A stretch of DNA of 64,000 nt from Podarcis melisellensis (GCA_964234715.1 OZ174276.1), one strand, 5' to 3'. Shown: positions 1-14,249, counted from the stretch's first letter. Program-made: numbers and translations. Notes: generated by a model not told the origin, from the letters alone.

Positions 1-3000
1 CAGAGTATAATAAATAAGAAGAACAAGAATTTAATAGGAAATAAGCGCACATGGAATTCAACATGGTAAAGGTGCACTTTTCCATTGTCTCCCAAGGCAG
101 TGGATGCCAACAACTACAACAATAATAAAAGGAAAAGACGTTTCTAAAACAAAAAAATAAAAATCTATCTACCATACTTGCACTATCTGCAGAATTTTAA
201 GAATCAAAACCAGGCATCCAAAGTGCACGTGAAGCCATTAAGTGTTTAGAGGGTGCTCCTCTCTCTAAAACAGGCAGGCCAGTGGGGGACAATATGTGTG
301 CACTACTAATTCACAATTGACAGTACTGCATGTGTATGTTGCACCCAAGCTTAAACAGTGAAAAGTGAGTCAGTCCTGGCTTTGTCCTGTACTGTATTTC
401 ACAGAAGAAAGGGGGAAAGCAGGGGGGTCCTTCCATTGACAGCAAGCTGTCACATAAATAATACATACTAGGCTATATATAACTCCCAGGGTTATTCTGT
501 TGACTGGGCTACAAGTTATCTGTTCCTAACAGCGCATTTGCCACTTGCAGCTGCAGATGGAAATCTCTGCTCCTACAGGGCTTGTTTACACCATCAAGGA
601 CCCCAGGCTTTAAAGAAGTTGATATCCCTGAATCAACAGTCCCATGGGCCATGAATGTTGCTGCTGATTCTAGGGTAATAGCCTGCGCCGGGCTGGGTGG
701 GGAGAGAAAGAGAGCGGGGAACAGACCCTAGCATAAGGACTGGGATGATCATGGAATCAGGGAGAGCTCACAGGATAATATCCATAAAAACCAATGGCAG
801 AAGTTATTCACCCTTGTTATATTGCAATTCCTCACAGAAGTCTAGGAAGGTGCCACAAGGCAGGACTGCCCATGATGAGGCAGCTGTATGAGAGCCATAT
901 GCTGTGTAAGTCTGTGCTATCATTTTGCTGATATTGCTGATACACACACATTAACCCAGACCTCTAGCCTGACCCTACCTCATGCTCCCCTGCCTCTGCT
1001 AGCCTCAAAGTCTCAAAGGCACTAGCCAATCCAGTGATTTTTCTTTCTTTCTTTCTTTTTTTAATGTGACCTAACCTGAGATTTGAACTCACACCTCCTG
1101 GGGTTGGCAGACCCAAGCTGCATCTCTGGATCCTTTCATCCTTGATAAGCTCCCTCATCTGCCTCATAGTGTCTGCTGTCCTTCCACACCTCCCCAGCTC
1201 ATTTCCATCTGTATATGTCCAGGAAAATAAGCTGCTCTCCCGTTCTGCCTCCCAAAGACAGCAGTTAAGGTCTCGCTCTCTCTACCTTGATATCAATCAG
1301 TATAAGCAGGAGAGACAATTGCAAGGAGACTCTCACCCCCACCCTCTGGGGCATATTCAATCACCCCAGCCTCCCTAATCACAAGCAGATTAAACACACA
1401 CACAAAAATCTACAGCGGCAGAGCTAAAACGAACTCTAAGAAGGATGAAGAAAATGAAGACACTATGAAATGCAGTAGATGTCAACTTCTACTTATTTTT
1501 TAATTTCATCTCTTACAAGCCTTTTGGAAGCTAACATGATTAAGTTCTTCACACAATTTATTAGCATCGTGTTGGAAATCCAGTGCTATATTATGCTGTC
1601 TGAGTAATCCAATTAGCAAAATGTATTTATTTAACCAGAATATTAGCTACACACAATCCCAAATGAAGTGAAGCTCATGATCCCCGAGTTCCTCTTGCGA
1701 TGCTGCGTACATTTCCCCGGCTAAGGGGAGGTTTATTCACATAAAAGGAACATTATCATCCCCATCTTGAATGAATAAGGTGATGTGAGATTGTTCTTAA
1801 ATACATAGCTTCTTTCCAATAATGTTACCTATTGCTCCTAGGCACATCCCGCCTCCCACCTTCACCTTTAGAATATATATGCTTTCCTAGCCCTCCTTTC
1901 CTCTATGTATACACAGCTATGTATTTCTAGGCAACTGAATTTCTAATTGCCTTGCAACTGCAAGTACAGTCCCTCTGTTCATTTTGAAATAAGCACTGCT
2001 CACATCCATCTCATTTTGCACAGTCTTGCAGAGATCTTCTACCAGACAGTTCACAAATGTTGCTAAGTTGCATGTAGTTTGCTAAGTTGAAAATGAAGAG
2101 ATTGCTTCCACCACATGCATGCTATGCAATTTCCCTACTTTTATCTTTTTCTATAATATGTAATAGATATTGACCATGCATACTTAGGTTTTTCTTCCTG
2201 AACAATGAGGACTGGAGCCTTCTTTTTAAAAATAAAGCTGAACGGTAGCTACACAATTTCCCCTTACTGAATGTGATCACACCATACTGAATGTGATCAT
2301 AGCCGTGACTACTAACCATCTCTAACTGCCTGGGTTAGATTTATCTGGGTTTAGTTTCATCCTGTTTTTTGTTCTATTGCGAAAGTCTACGGGCCAGCTA
2401 CTTTCAGAGCACCAAAATCTTATACACCCAGATTTTGTCAAAGACTGGAGCAGTGAGAGGGGGGTGATCTTTACCCACTAGTGATTTTTCCACAGGCACA
2501 TCTGCCAGAGGCAAAATTTGTACAAAACACCAGTGACACAATGCATATTTAGCTATTTTTTCTTTCTTTAATGAGGCAGCTTGAGCAAAGGATCTCTCCT
2601 CTCTTTCTTCCCTGGCTCCTCCCATAGACATAATCAGATTGCTAAATTCTGTCTTTAACAAGATATGAACAGAAAAAGAGCTAGAACATCCTGTGAGGTA
2701 CACATGCAGATGGCATGATGAGTCAGACAGCACAGCCAAACTAAGACATCTACCCCCAATATCCCCCCTCCCAGACTAATAGCTGACAATGTATGCCTTC
2801 CACATTAATGATACGTATAGAAGGCAAAGGGGGGAGGCACAGCCCTTCGCCCATTTCACTAACATTCCACTCTTCTATGTACCCACTAACATCCCCTAAG
2901 GCAACTGAGCTGGTAATAAGTTCTTCTAACTGCCTCCCACATCAAATTTGACACCAAGGATGTTTTTCTCCATTCCCACTGCTCAGCTTATAGTGCTGTC

Positions 3001-3598
3001 ATCATCATTGATTTTGACTATTTTGGTTATGGGGGGAAAAGACAGCGGAAGGGGGGGGGAACCTCCCTGTGCTATTCAGATTCTTAAGTTAGTGAGAGAA
3101 AGTACAGAGGATGGGGGAGGTGAAAGGGCTTTTTCTCCTGCTGCCACTCGCTGCCACCACCGGGGTTTGATCTGCACAGCCCTTTAAGCAAGGTGAAATG
3201 TGCAAACCGTTGCATTTTAGCCCCTGGAGAAGCTAAACTGCTTTATCTCCAAACTTGACGGTACCCTTGAAATGGCACCTAGACTGACTGCAGAAGCTGA
3301 ACTTGTCTTTAGAAAGATGGGGGGCAGGTTTTGCAAGGACCTCTGGGTTGTAGCTGGCTGTACCCGAATCTAAACCACAAGCTTAGGTCTCTGAAGTCAT
3401 TGGCTTGAACTGGGACATGAAGAACAGTAGGCAGAAAGGCTTTGTTGGCCAGTTTTTACACTGGACTTGGCTAGTCCATGTGGCTTAATGTGGCTTGCTG
3501 CTGTTGCACCTGCCTCCATGGAACCTCACTGAGAAAAGCCCAGTCTCAATCCTCTAGCAAGCACCTTTGAAGATCTGTGTGACAGGATCACAAGCCAC

Positions 3599-3953
3599 TC
3601 ATAGAATCACAGAATTGTAAAGTTGGAAGGAACCCCAAGGGCATCTAGTCCAACTCTGTGCAATGCAGGAATCTCAGCTAAAGCATCCATGGCAGATGGC
3701 CATCCAACCTCTGCTTTAAAATCTCCAATGAAGGAGAATCCACAACCTCCTGAGGGAGACCATTCCACCATCTAACAGCTCTTACTGTCGGAAAGTTCTT
3801 CCTGATGTTTAATCAGAATCTCGTTTCTCATAACTTGAAGCCATTGGTTCGAGTCCTACCCCCCAGAGCAGGAAACAACAAGCTTGTCCCATCTTCCATG
3901 TGGCGTCCCTTGGGATATTTGAAGATGGCTATTATATCTCCTCTCAGTCTCTT
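3599..3953 (-). mobile_element. CR1 LINE 3' fragment (ORF2 C-terminus plus 3' tail)
   Basis: Minus-strand translation KRLRGDIIAIFKYPKGRHMEDGTSLLFPALGGRTRTNGFKL is typical of the CR1 ORF2 C-terminus. Ends in the CR1 tail (rc ...ttccaactttacaattctgtgattctatg). Confidence 0.92.
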
Positions 3954-5140
3954 CTGTTCCACTCCCTGCTCTTCTTCCTCCCAAGTTTGAAACATCTCCC
4001 TTGTTGTGTTTCCAAACTGCCACTCAGGATTACTCCATATGGGGTCTTCAGAAGCAGAACAAAATTCCATACTGAATGCCAAGCCACACAACTCCTTCAG
4101 AGTTTTCTCAGGAACTTAGACCATGAAGCAGCCAGATCCCTTTTAGTCATATGGTTAAGAGACATATAAGCTGTGAATCTCTATAAATTGCCTCACAATG
4201 ATAATATCAGAAAATGTGCAATAGTTTGGGGATGCATTTGGAACTAGCAGTAAGAAAATATTTCATTCACCCTCCCAGATTGTGTGGACTGTAGGTAATC
4301 TTCCTATAGGCTTTATGTACAATAGCAGTTTTTCTACTCTTGGGGTGTACCAAATGTGTCTGGTGGACCCTGGATCAGCAGTCCATAGTCTGGACATTTG
4401 GCAAAGCTCCACAGTTGCAGGAACAAGCATATATTGACCAGTGCTCTGCCATGGATAAGTGAAATCCCTTCATAAGCAAGGCACGTCCAGGTAGTTTCTT
4501 CTCTGGGGCCCTAACATGGTGTCACAGTTTCCAAGCAGGCTTCAGAATAAAATCCTAAAATGGGATATCATTTGCACCATGTAAATATTTTTGCACATCA
4601 AAAATGTTTGTTTTACACTGTTGGCTTACAGTACGACACATGATGTTACCTTCCCTTTACTGCACAAAAACTGAAGCAGCTTGCTCATTCCTCACAACTG
4701 TTACACAACCATGCAAGGAAAAAACCAACAGGCTTATTTTCAGAAGATACAAACTGGAAGATCTAGGAATAGAATTATGCAAAATGTGAAATTCAAATGC
4801 ACAGACCAGAATGCATTATGAGATGTGGGAAGGCCACATGAGTAGACTGAGGCCTCAGTCTGGGAGCAGGAAAAACACACTGGGAGGGAGGACTGTAGGG
4901 CAGAGCAGATAAGCATAAGAAATGCTGGTGAATTCTTGTCCCTAACCCCACAAAACACCTTGTGGTTCCTGAGCATTTAGTAAACAGCCCCAATCTAGTT
5001 TGTCATGTGCAATAACCAGCTAACCCTGCTTGAACATTCTCATTTCCATCAAAAGATGCATCCAGTTACTTCAATGGCATTTGGATCAGCATATTATTTA
5101 TTATGAAGATCCAGGTGCACCAGCTACATATGCAAGAGTC

Positions 5141-5144
<4 letters not shown>

Positions 5145-5206
<62 letters not shown>
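5145..5206. repeat. (TC)31 microsatellite
   Basis: Read directly. Confidence 0.99.
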
Positions 5207-5209
<3 letters not shown>

Positions 5210-5409
5210 CACAGAGATGTCCTATATACGTTCAAGTTTTTCTGGCACATTGCCATGATGTCTAGAAATTCAATCCACTCTTACAAAGATAGCCACCAAT
5301 TTCTATACGCCGCAATGAGATCAAACCAAAAGTATATTATTTTGTTTTCAAATCTGAATTCAGAATGCAAAACCTGTAGAGACACAATCTAGGAGTAGAA
5401 ATCCATCTA

Positions 5410-5545
5410 AATTGTGGGGGTAACAATCTTCAGGTAAGGAAAAACAAGGCTTGGGTCAGGTTGAAGGAGAACAATTGGCCCAATGTCACCGAGTGAGCTT
5501 CGTATTTGAGTGTGGGATTTGAACTCACATCTCCCTGACCACTCA
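5410..5545 (-). mobile_element. Degraded MIR-like/CORE-type tRNA SINE
   Basis: ggcccaatgtcaccgagtgagcttc...gggatttgaactc is the rc of a B-box (gagttcaaatccc) plus CORE-like segment. Confidence 0.6.
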
Positions 5546-8267
5546 AAGAAGAACCATGCCTCTAACAAGCTGCACAGGAGGTGATGGAGTTCTGCTCTGC
5601 TCCAGGCAGCCTTCTGGAGTGGCAGCAGGTGGCCTGAAGGCACTGCGGACACTCCAGGAGTGTCTGCAGTGCCCTCTGGCCACCTGATGCCATGATGTGA
5701 CCTCCGTGCAACTGGTAGGCATTAGGAAACTAGCTGAAGAGCAGAGCAGGAAGAGAGGGGAGGAAGTAAGCCCAGAGAGCAGAGAAATGATTCTAATAAA
5801 CATCGGACAACAACAGAAGCGGGCCCTTTCCCTCCCTTCTTGTCTTATTACATTGGGAGATGTAGGAGGGATTGTTCATAAATACACCCAGCCACTTCCT
5901 TGGCTGGGCCCCAAGTGGTGGCGAGGAAGACAGCTTACAGTTCAGCAATGCTTTTAATGAATTGGCCAAGCTTGCTGTGCCTGAAATGGTTAATTCATTC
6001 CCCTCTGCCTGAAGCCTTAATGACTGATTAATTTTTTTCTCCCTTTAAAGAAGCCTCTGAATTAGCAATATGCTCGCACACCTCACTCCCGCACCCACCC
6101 TCATCTCTCTGTTGATATTTGCAGGTTGGAGCTGGGCTCAAATTAATTCCTCCCCCCCCCCCCCGGCTTTGCACACTCTGGGCTGCTTTACCCAACAGAC
6201 AGGCAAAGCTGTAAAGAGTTGAGTTCCCCTTCCTTTATGGTGGCACAGAAGAGAGGCTCTCAACCACAGCCGGGAAGAGAAAGCCATCTTGCTATTGTCT
6301 TCTTCTCTTGCTCGCATTTTCAGCTTGGAGACTTTTTCTTTATTTCCCTTTTTATTATCATTAGGCAAGGTTTCCCAACTCACCCCCCCTCACAACTCCC
6401 CATTCCCAAGAACCGTGAGCGAGTGCATGAGCCAGAGCTGATTTATGGTTATTAAAACCAGACAGACTCTGGCAGCGGGCAAGAAAAGAACAATGCGAAC
6501 GGCGCTTCCCTGCTGATGTTTATGGGGACTGTGTTCTTCCTTTGGTACCAGTCATTGGTCCCTCTGGTCTCCCTTCTCCACCCCCCCCATGATAGAAGGA
6601 AAAGGAGGGGGGCTGAGTATGTGTGATTGTATCTGTCTGTCTGTGTATGTGCTCATACCTAGAGGGAGTTCTGCATAATCATTTTCCTCGCTGCTGCACT
6701 GCTGGTACAATCTGCATATGCGGCACAGCATGGCAGAAAGGAAAAAAGGGACCCAGTTAAAGCCTAGCTTGAGAAGTTCAGTCCTGTCTCTCTGCACAGC
6801 CATACTTCCACAAGCACACATATACCCCTCTTCCCTGGATAATGGAAAGTGTGGTGACCTCATTCCAAGATGGAAGGAGCCGGGGTCTCTCTCACAGTGC
6901 GGCAGTTCCCGCCTGCCACTCTATTATTTATTCACACACTGTCTTAAGTCTCTGCCACTGCGTCTGCCCCTTTGTATCCCTGTGCTTCTGCCTCTCGAAC
7001 AATGAATCTCTCGGTCCTTTTCAATCCCCTTCCATGTTGCTTACTTATCACCTCGGGGCAATATAATGGGATAGAATGTGTCTGCAACAACCTTGCCCCA
7101 TCCATCAGCCAGGGACTGCAGCCCTCAATGGGAAAGTGACTGAAGGCATTACATTGCTACATGGGTACTCTGTGAAAAAGTGCCTCTCTGTCATGTCTAT
7201 ACAGTAATGGGAATTAAAGAGAAAGGCAGGGAAAAGCAGAAAAGCGCCAATGGACTTCGACTTGAAATTTCTCATTCTAAACTGTGTGCGTGTGTATAAT
7301 GCAACACAATGTCTGCGTAAGGTGTGGACTGCCAATTACTGGCAATCAGCAACTTCTAAGACTGCTGGGCACTTTCCCCATCTTCTCTAGTTCCTAGGAT
7401 CACAAATATTGCTTGAAGCTTGTGGGGTTCATGGACCCCAAGATCCATCTTGTATATGTTTGCTTTTAAATTTTCATATATGTTTCTCAGTCACTTTGTG
7501 CTCTCACCAATCTGTGTGTCATATTCCAAGGCAAATGAAGCTCTGTGTTCCCTTTTCATTGTAATGTGGAGTCTAAAAACAGCTTATAACCCATTTTGGC
7601 CAAAGTGGATGAAGTTTACAGGCACAGCGTGGATTAAGGCTGGCAAATAGATATGGGGTTTTGGTAGTGGAACTTTAAAAGAAGGTAAGAAATATGTTTT
7701 TAGAGGAGAGAAATGTAGAATCAAGAAGTAACTGAAGAAGATGGAGATCATTAACCCTTTCCCCCAGAAAATACTCAGAATTGTTTCTCCAAGTGACTTT
7801 TGCCCTGAAGAGTTCTAAATATTCAGACTTCCATCTGTAGGGATGGTGTGGCAGGCGGAAAATGCTTGGAGAGAATTTTTTTAGGAAGAAAGAAGCAAAA
7901 ACTGGGGGAACGGATAAATTAACCTCCCTTCTCACACAACTTCCCTCCCTGCTTGATTCTCTGCCCGCCCGCTCTGTCGCAGAGCTGATTTTATTAATTT
8001 TTTATTGATCGCAGTCTTGTGCTCACATACCTGATGGAATGTCTCATTGAACTGAATTGGAATTACTTGGAGTGAACATGGTTGGGATTGCAATGTAAAA
8101 ATTGCACTGGACTCTGTTACAACATTTGCAGATAGCTTTACCAGAGTATTTACCTTAAATGGAATTACAAAGCACAGAAAAACAGTGTCCAAATCTGCTC
8201 TCATTCATTCATTCCTTCTTTGGCTGCTTTTGTGTGCCCTTCCCTCTTCTCAATCCACAGTAGTAAA

Positions 8268-8652
8268 TGTTTGGGCTGGGTGTTCACCAGTATGTGGATG
8301 ATACCCAGCTCTACCTCTCCTTCAAATCAGAACCAGTGAAGGTCCTGTGTGAGTGTCTGGAGGTGGTTGGAGGATGGATGGCGGCTAACAGAGTGAGGAT
8401 GAATCCCGACAAGACGGAAGTACTATTTTGGAGGGACGGAGGTGGGCAGGTATGGAGGACTCCCTGGTCCTGAAATGCTGTGCCCCTGAAAGACCAAGTG
8501 TGCAGCCTGGGAGTCATTAGAAGACATCTGAAGTATTGGGAAGTTTTAAATGTTTCAAGTTTTATTATGTTTCAATATATGCTGTAAGCCACCCAGAGTG
8601 GAGGGGAAATCCAGCCAGATGTGCAAGGTATAAATATATAACAACAACAACA
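8268..8652 (+). mobile_element. L2-clade LINE fragment (RT remnant fused to 3' tail)
   Basis: Translation HQYVDDTQLYLSF...GWMAANRVRMNPDKTEVL matches the L2/CR1-clade RT motifs YADDTQLY and LKLNPDKTE. Followed by tail gtaagccacccagagtgg...ggtataaata and (ACA)n. Confidence 0.88.
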
Positions 8653-9879
8653 ATTTATAGGCTGCCTTTCAATTGCATTGTTCCATGTCAGTTTACAATA
8701 GTTGTAAGCAACTGGTCATGTTTGTTCTAACGCAGGCACAGAAAACAGAAGCACTTGCATCAGAAAAGGCATCTTCCGGGATCCTTACTTGAGAACAATT
8801 AATGAGGATTACTCACTGAAGAGCTCTTTTTACTAACCGCCCTCTCAAAACTCATAAGTGAGGTGGGTTAAAGTGTGGTAGAAGAGTGCTTTTTCTCACT
8901 CCCACTGCCCTTTCAATGAATATTCATGGTGAAGGTAAGGCATCTGATTCCCAACATACATAGCACTAATCATATTAATTATCCTCAAACAACCCCAGTT
9001 CCCTAGTTCTTTTTACACTGAATGCAATGGTATGATCTTGTATTTTAAAGCTATTTATTTTAATCACCATTACCTGGTTGTTGTTTTTGTGCCTCTGTCC
9101 ACCACACTAACACAATTTATCTCAGGGCTTTGGTGATAATTTGGTAACATCCTAAATCTCTTTTATCTGAGGGCTAGTTCCCTTGACACATTTTAGCACC
9201 TCAAGGGCTGCTCCTGAATAGCCATCCCTTATGCAAAAATATTAAGTATAATTTATAGCATCCTGGTTGTGCTACTATCAAGCATCCAGTAACACCTCTC
9301 TGTTCTTTGCTTCACAGAAACTGAACCTCTCACCTCAGCAGAAGGAGACCCAATGCAGGAGGTGCATGTGGTAAGCAAACAAACACCCCAGGTACGTTCC
9401 TCACCCACCCCCATGGTGCATGCCAGCACAGGAATGCAAACAAATGGTACAGACCCTATACAGTAGTTGTAGCAACGGCCATTGCAGCAGCTAACCAGCA
9501 CAGACAACACATCACATGCCCCAGGCACACCCACCACACACTCTGCCTAACACAGAGGCACATGCAACAGCCATGTGATATGGCACAACCAGGTAAACAA
9601 ATGCACATTAAATTATACCATTTGGGCTATCCTGAGCAGAGAAAGCTGGCATAAGTTACTCCAGGGTAAGTTAAGCTGGCATGAAGTACGCTGAATCTGG
9701 AGCCCATTCAGGAGGCCCTGAGAGTGGCAAACACAGGCTGAGCTTCTAACCGAGAGTCAACTCAGCCGGTATCACCATGGGAACTGTGCCCACCTGTGAA
9801 CCCACAGGGAGAGCTCCCAGGTTCCTTTATCAGATGTGTATGAACTGTGGGGTGGATGCCATCTATACCCAGTGATTTG

Positions 9880-10320
9880 TTCATTTTAATTTGTCACCTA
9901 CAGTGAAGGCAGATGCAATTCATTCAGCTTCTCTGAGGTCTCCTTTTTTCCCTTTACTACACCTTCAACTCCCTTGTCATCTAGAAGTCCAATTGCTTCC
10001 CTAGCCAGTTCCCTGCTTTTAGTGTATTTAAAGAATGTTTGTATTGTTGGTCTTAGAACCTCAGGGTTGTTTTTCGTTTCGTTTTGTTCGTTTGTTTTGC
10101 AGCCCTTATTGTCTACCTGCACGTCATTTGCAAAATTTCGCATTTATTTTTGTTCTCATTTGGGCAAGACTTTCATTTTCTGAAGGAAGACTTTTTGCCT
10201 CTAATAGCTTTCTTGACTCTTCTCATTAACCACATTGGCATCCTCTTGGATTAGATGGCATTGTTCCTGAATGCTGGTATACATCTTAGCTGAGCTACTT
10301 TTATTGTGGCTTTCAATGAC
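9880..10320 (-). mobile_element. CR1 LINE internal ORF2 fragment (EN-RT linker)
   Basis: Translation FFKYTKSRELAREAIGLLDDKGVEGVVKGKKETSEKLNE resembles the CR1 ORF2 FFKYIRS...REAVGPL...EKLNEFF segment. Confidence 0.8.
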
Positions 10321-13300
10321 ACTACTCAGATAAACCTCTTACTTATCCCTATTCCTCTTCACACCCCTTTCCTGAAATGACACATACAGCTGGTTGGGCT
10401 TTAGGAAATCCAGGAACCTTAGACTTAAAAGATGGCCAGATGGCCTAAGCAGCATTTAACCCTCAAGGATAGAAACTGCTTGCAAGATTCAAATCAAATA
10501 GTTGTCTCTTACTTTGAGGGGTTACTACAGAGCTAGAGTTAGTTACAGGAGCACATATCCTGAGGTGAAAGACTTTCTAAATGTGTATTGGTGTGTCTTG
10601 TCTGGCTGTCTGATTCAGTTTGCTGTGGAATTAATGGGTGAATCTGACACAGAAGTGAGTTAAAGCTAACTGAGTGTGAGATCCCCTGAATAATGAGGGC
10701 CTCATCTCTCTTTTCACCTCAGAGTAACTGAGCTCATTGATTCTGCCCTACCATAACAGAAACAGCCAAAATATCATTCTGCCACACTGAATCTAAAGCT
10801 GTGGTATGTCGCCAGCTATGAAACTGGATAACTAAACCTGGAAAATCCTCTACTTTTGCGACTGACTCTTGAAGGAGCTGGGAGAAGTATTTGCTGTGCC
10901 ACAGAACAGCTTAAACTACAATACCCAATGTACAGTCTTTCATGATGCTCATCTATTCCTCCATCCCTACCTACCAGTTACCATATAAAGGCTCTGCATT
11001 GTGACTGTGATGTGTGAGTAGGTTTTTCCACAACTGTGAGGGCTAGAAGCTTGTTTTTCCTAACTGAATGCTGATTATAGGAATCTAGCTTTGCAGGCTA
11101 TAAATAGACATGGCACAGTTTCTTCTGCATGGTACAGTTTCATTCAAGGGCAGCACTCAGAATATAGTGGTCCATTCACACAATACGGAATCTAGTCTAA
11201 TGCGTAAGCGGGGGGCTGGCTTTATAGTTAGGAGGGAGCAATGAGGGCAGGCACAGGAAGCCCCCATCTATTAAGGGAACAAGCAAAATCAGCTGCATGC
11301 ATTGATGTGGGTTTTCACTTTTTGGTGATAATGATAATGAAATTGTCCAGATAACCAGCATGATGTTGGGAGAAAGAAGAAACTGGCATATGAGGGTCTC
11401 ACCTTGAACTCCTCTTTGAAGCTCCTAGCAAGAGATCATGCTGTGGTTCAGCATCTAGGCCCTCAACCCGACATTGTCTCTTGTGTCCACATCAAACCCA
11501 AATACACAAAGTTAATGACTCAGTGCACTTTGAAATATGAACGACAGCTTTCCCAACTCACCTTCTCTAACAGGTATCTTCAAAATGATAAAAAAATTTT
11601 TGCTAAAAATTCCCATTAGGCTAGTAAGCAGCCCTTTATCTCGATTCTAAAATGGTAAACCTTGCAGGCTAAATCATGATGGGAAATTAAACAGTATGAC
11701 AGGACAAAGAAGTTCTTGAGCCCCCCATGTCATCATAAAACACACAAGCGAACCTGTCACTTTGATGTCGCGCTCGATGAAATCCCTACCTGCTCTTGAC
11801 TCCTTCAAAGGCTGCCTTCTGGCAAGGACTTATCTGATGGTTTATTCGTTGCTGAAAGACAGAAGAAAAATAAAATAAAATATTGAGCTGATATGGAGAT
11901 TTACAGTTGATGTTATTGTTTTTTCTACATTTGGATAACGGTATCACTAATGAGGGCTGTAAGAGCAACTTTTACAAAAAAAATAAGCACCATACTGTGA
12001 TTTCTGTCCTATGGAGATCTGATATTTCTCCTCAATCTCCAAAATTGGGTAAATAGAGGACAGGGCATTCTGCCTTCACAACTGGCCAAAATGTAGCATG
12101 AGAAGCAAACTTTGGTGTTCCCAGAAAGACCAGCTGCAATACGTACCTGATCAATTCAAGTAATTCAACTGATTGAGGTAAAAGGTACAAGTATCCTCTT
12201 GTTCATTAAGTAATCCACTGAATCTTCCCCACGGACTAAATTCTGCCAAGATGCCTATGCAAGGCTGGGCTTCTTCAAAACAGATAAACATTTTAATTAA
12301 ATGCCTGACTAGCTAGATTTTTTAAAAGTCAAATGTAAGAACACTGTTTCCCATTTTTAGACATTGAGAACGATATATTTTTAGACATTGAGAACAACAA
12401 GTGCAAAACCAGAAATGCAACTGTACACAAATTTACCTAACAGTAAGTCCAACTGAACTCAATTGGTGATTGCAATGTTAGAGTAATCTGCTTAAACCTC
12501 TGGATTTAAGCAATGGGCAGCACAATCCAAAGGCCTCCTTATGGTGAGCTGTGGGGGTGGGTGTTGGATTGAGCAGAGGTATCCCTCTGCTCAGCTCTGC
12601 TTCAAGCGTTTTGGGTGACAGCTCTTGGGGACTGTCATGATGAATGTCTGCACTTCCAGATTTACTCCACTCCACTGCAGGTTTGAGGAGATGTGCAACC
12701 CATCAACTGACCCCAGCAATACCGCAAGGTATAGCTAGCAAAACAGCAGAAGCTGGTAAAAGGTTCTCTGTGCCACTATAAGGCCTCTAGTGACAGTGCT
12801 CTTTCAAGGGGAGTGCAATCCAGTCCAGAACAGGACATGTACCTAATTCCCTAACATCGGTACCACTTATGCACAGTATCTTCACCCTGTCAAGATACAA
12901 CTTCAGTTTATCACCCGCTGTCCATCACATTACTAGATCAAAGCACTGATCTGACATCTGTAGAGGTTTAGCAGAATATGACCTCGCCACCACTGTGGCC
13001 CTGAGAACATCTGCCTATCCAAGTGGCTCCACTCTAGAGCAATCTATCCCAGAACCTGCATTATTCAGGCCTCAACCTAACAACCCTAATCATTACAAAA
13101 AACAAGACAATTGGATATTGCCCATGATTTAAAGAACCCCCATCTCTTCCAATCTGACCCTCAGGTAAGTAGGAATAGCTTGGCAAGGAAATAGTCTTTT
13201 TGCACCAGATGGCTCCCTAGTACTAGGTAAATCCAGCTCTCTTAGGCTTTCACACAAAGAGGCTTAAAATTAATTAGCAGCTCCATTAAAAAAAGAAAGA

Positions 13301-14249
13301 ATACAAAGCAGTTGCTGTGGCATAAAGGAGTGTGAGAAAGGAGACTGATTAGGAGGGGTTTTTTCAGTGCTTTTAGGCCAAAGGGATGAATTATAGCTTA
13401 CAAAAGAGGTGATTTTTATTCCACAGAGAGGTTAAAGGTATTTACAAGCTGATGCTTTGATGCTGTTTTGTTTTAAGGCATTTGTGGAGCTATTTTGTGA
13501 GATGACAGTTTCAGCATCATCACTTTGAATTCAGCATTCTCCGGAATGAAAATGAGAAGGAGAAGATTGGTTTTTCTCACCAGAATAATCAACAAGAAGC
13601 AGCAGCCAGGTTGTTTATGGTTGCCTGGTGACCATGAAAAGAGCAGCTTCCCTCACTCAGGATCTATTTCGAGCTGGCATGTCACACTGCCACGTTAAAG
13701 CTAAATGGAGAAGGAAAGGTGACTTGAATGGGACTCAGCCCTGCAAGAGGAGCCACTAAAAAAAGGGGGGAGAGGAAAGGAACAAAACAGCTGTGCATGT
13801 AATGTACCTTTAAGCACAAAGGGAGCTTCCTTGAAGATAATGTGATTATGATCTCCCTTTTAAGTTAAGCATTTGCTTAAGAGGTGCTCAGCCTAATGTG
13901 ACAGCATCTCTACACATTGGCCAGTGTTTTCCTCCAACCCATTTCACATATGTGTCCTTCTCAACACCTAAAAACATTGTACAGAACAATCCTATCCGTG
14001 TTCATGCCAAAGCAAATTGTCATTGAGTCCAATGGATTTCACTTGCTAGGAAGGCTGCTTAGCAGGGCAGTAACCAGGACGGTGGAAGCAACCTGTGACC
14101 ACCAGACAACCATTTTGGGATTAGGTGCATCCGGCACAGTATGCATGCTTGCTCAGTGTTCATGCGAAGGATTCATGCTATGAACTGAAAGTACTAATGC
14201 TCTTCATTACTTTGACTGGAGAGACCAGAAACATTTCCCCCTCTCTCAC

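Noticed and set aside
5030-5392. ORFs with SLSLSL, HTHTHT or FFLS runs (also 22263, 25120, 35406, 43475)
   Set aside because: Translations of microsatellites
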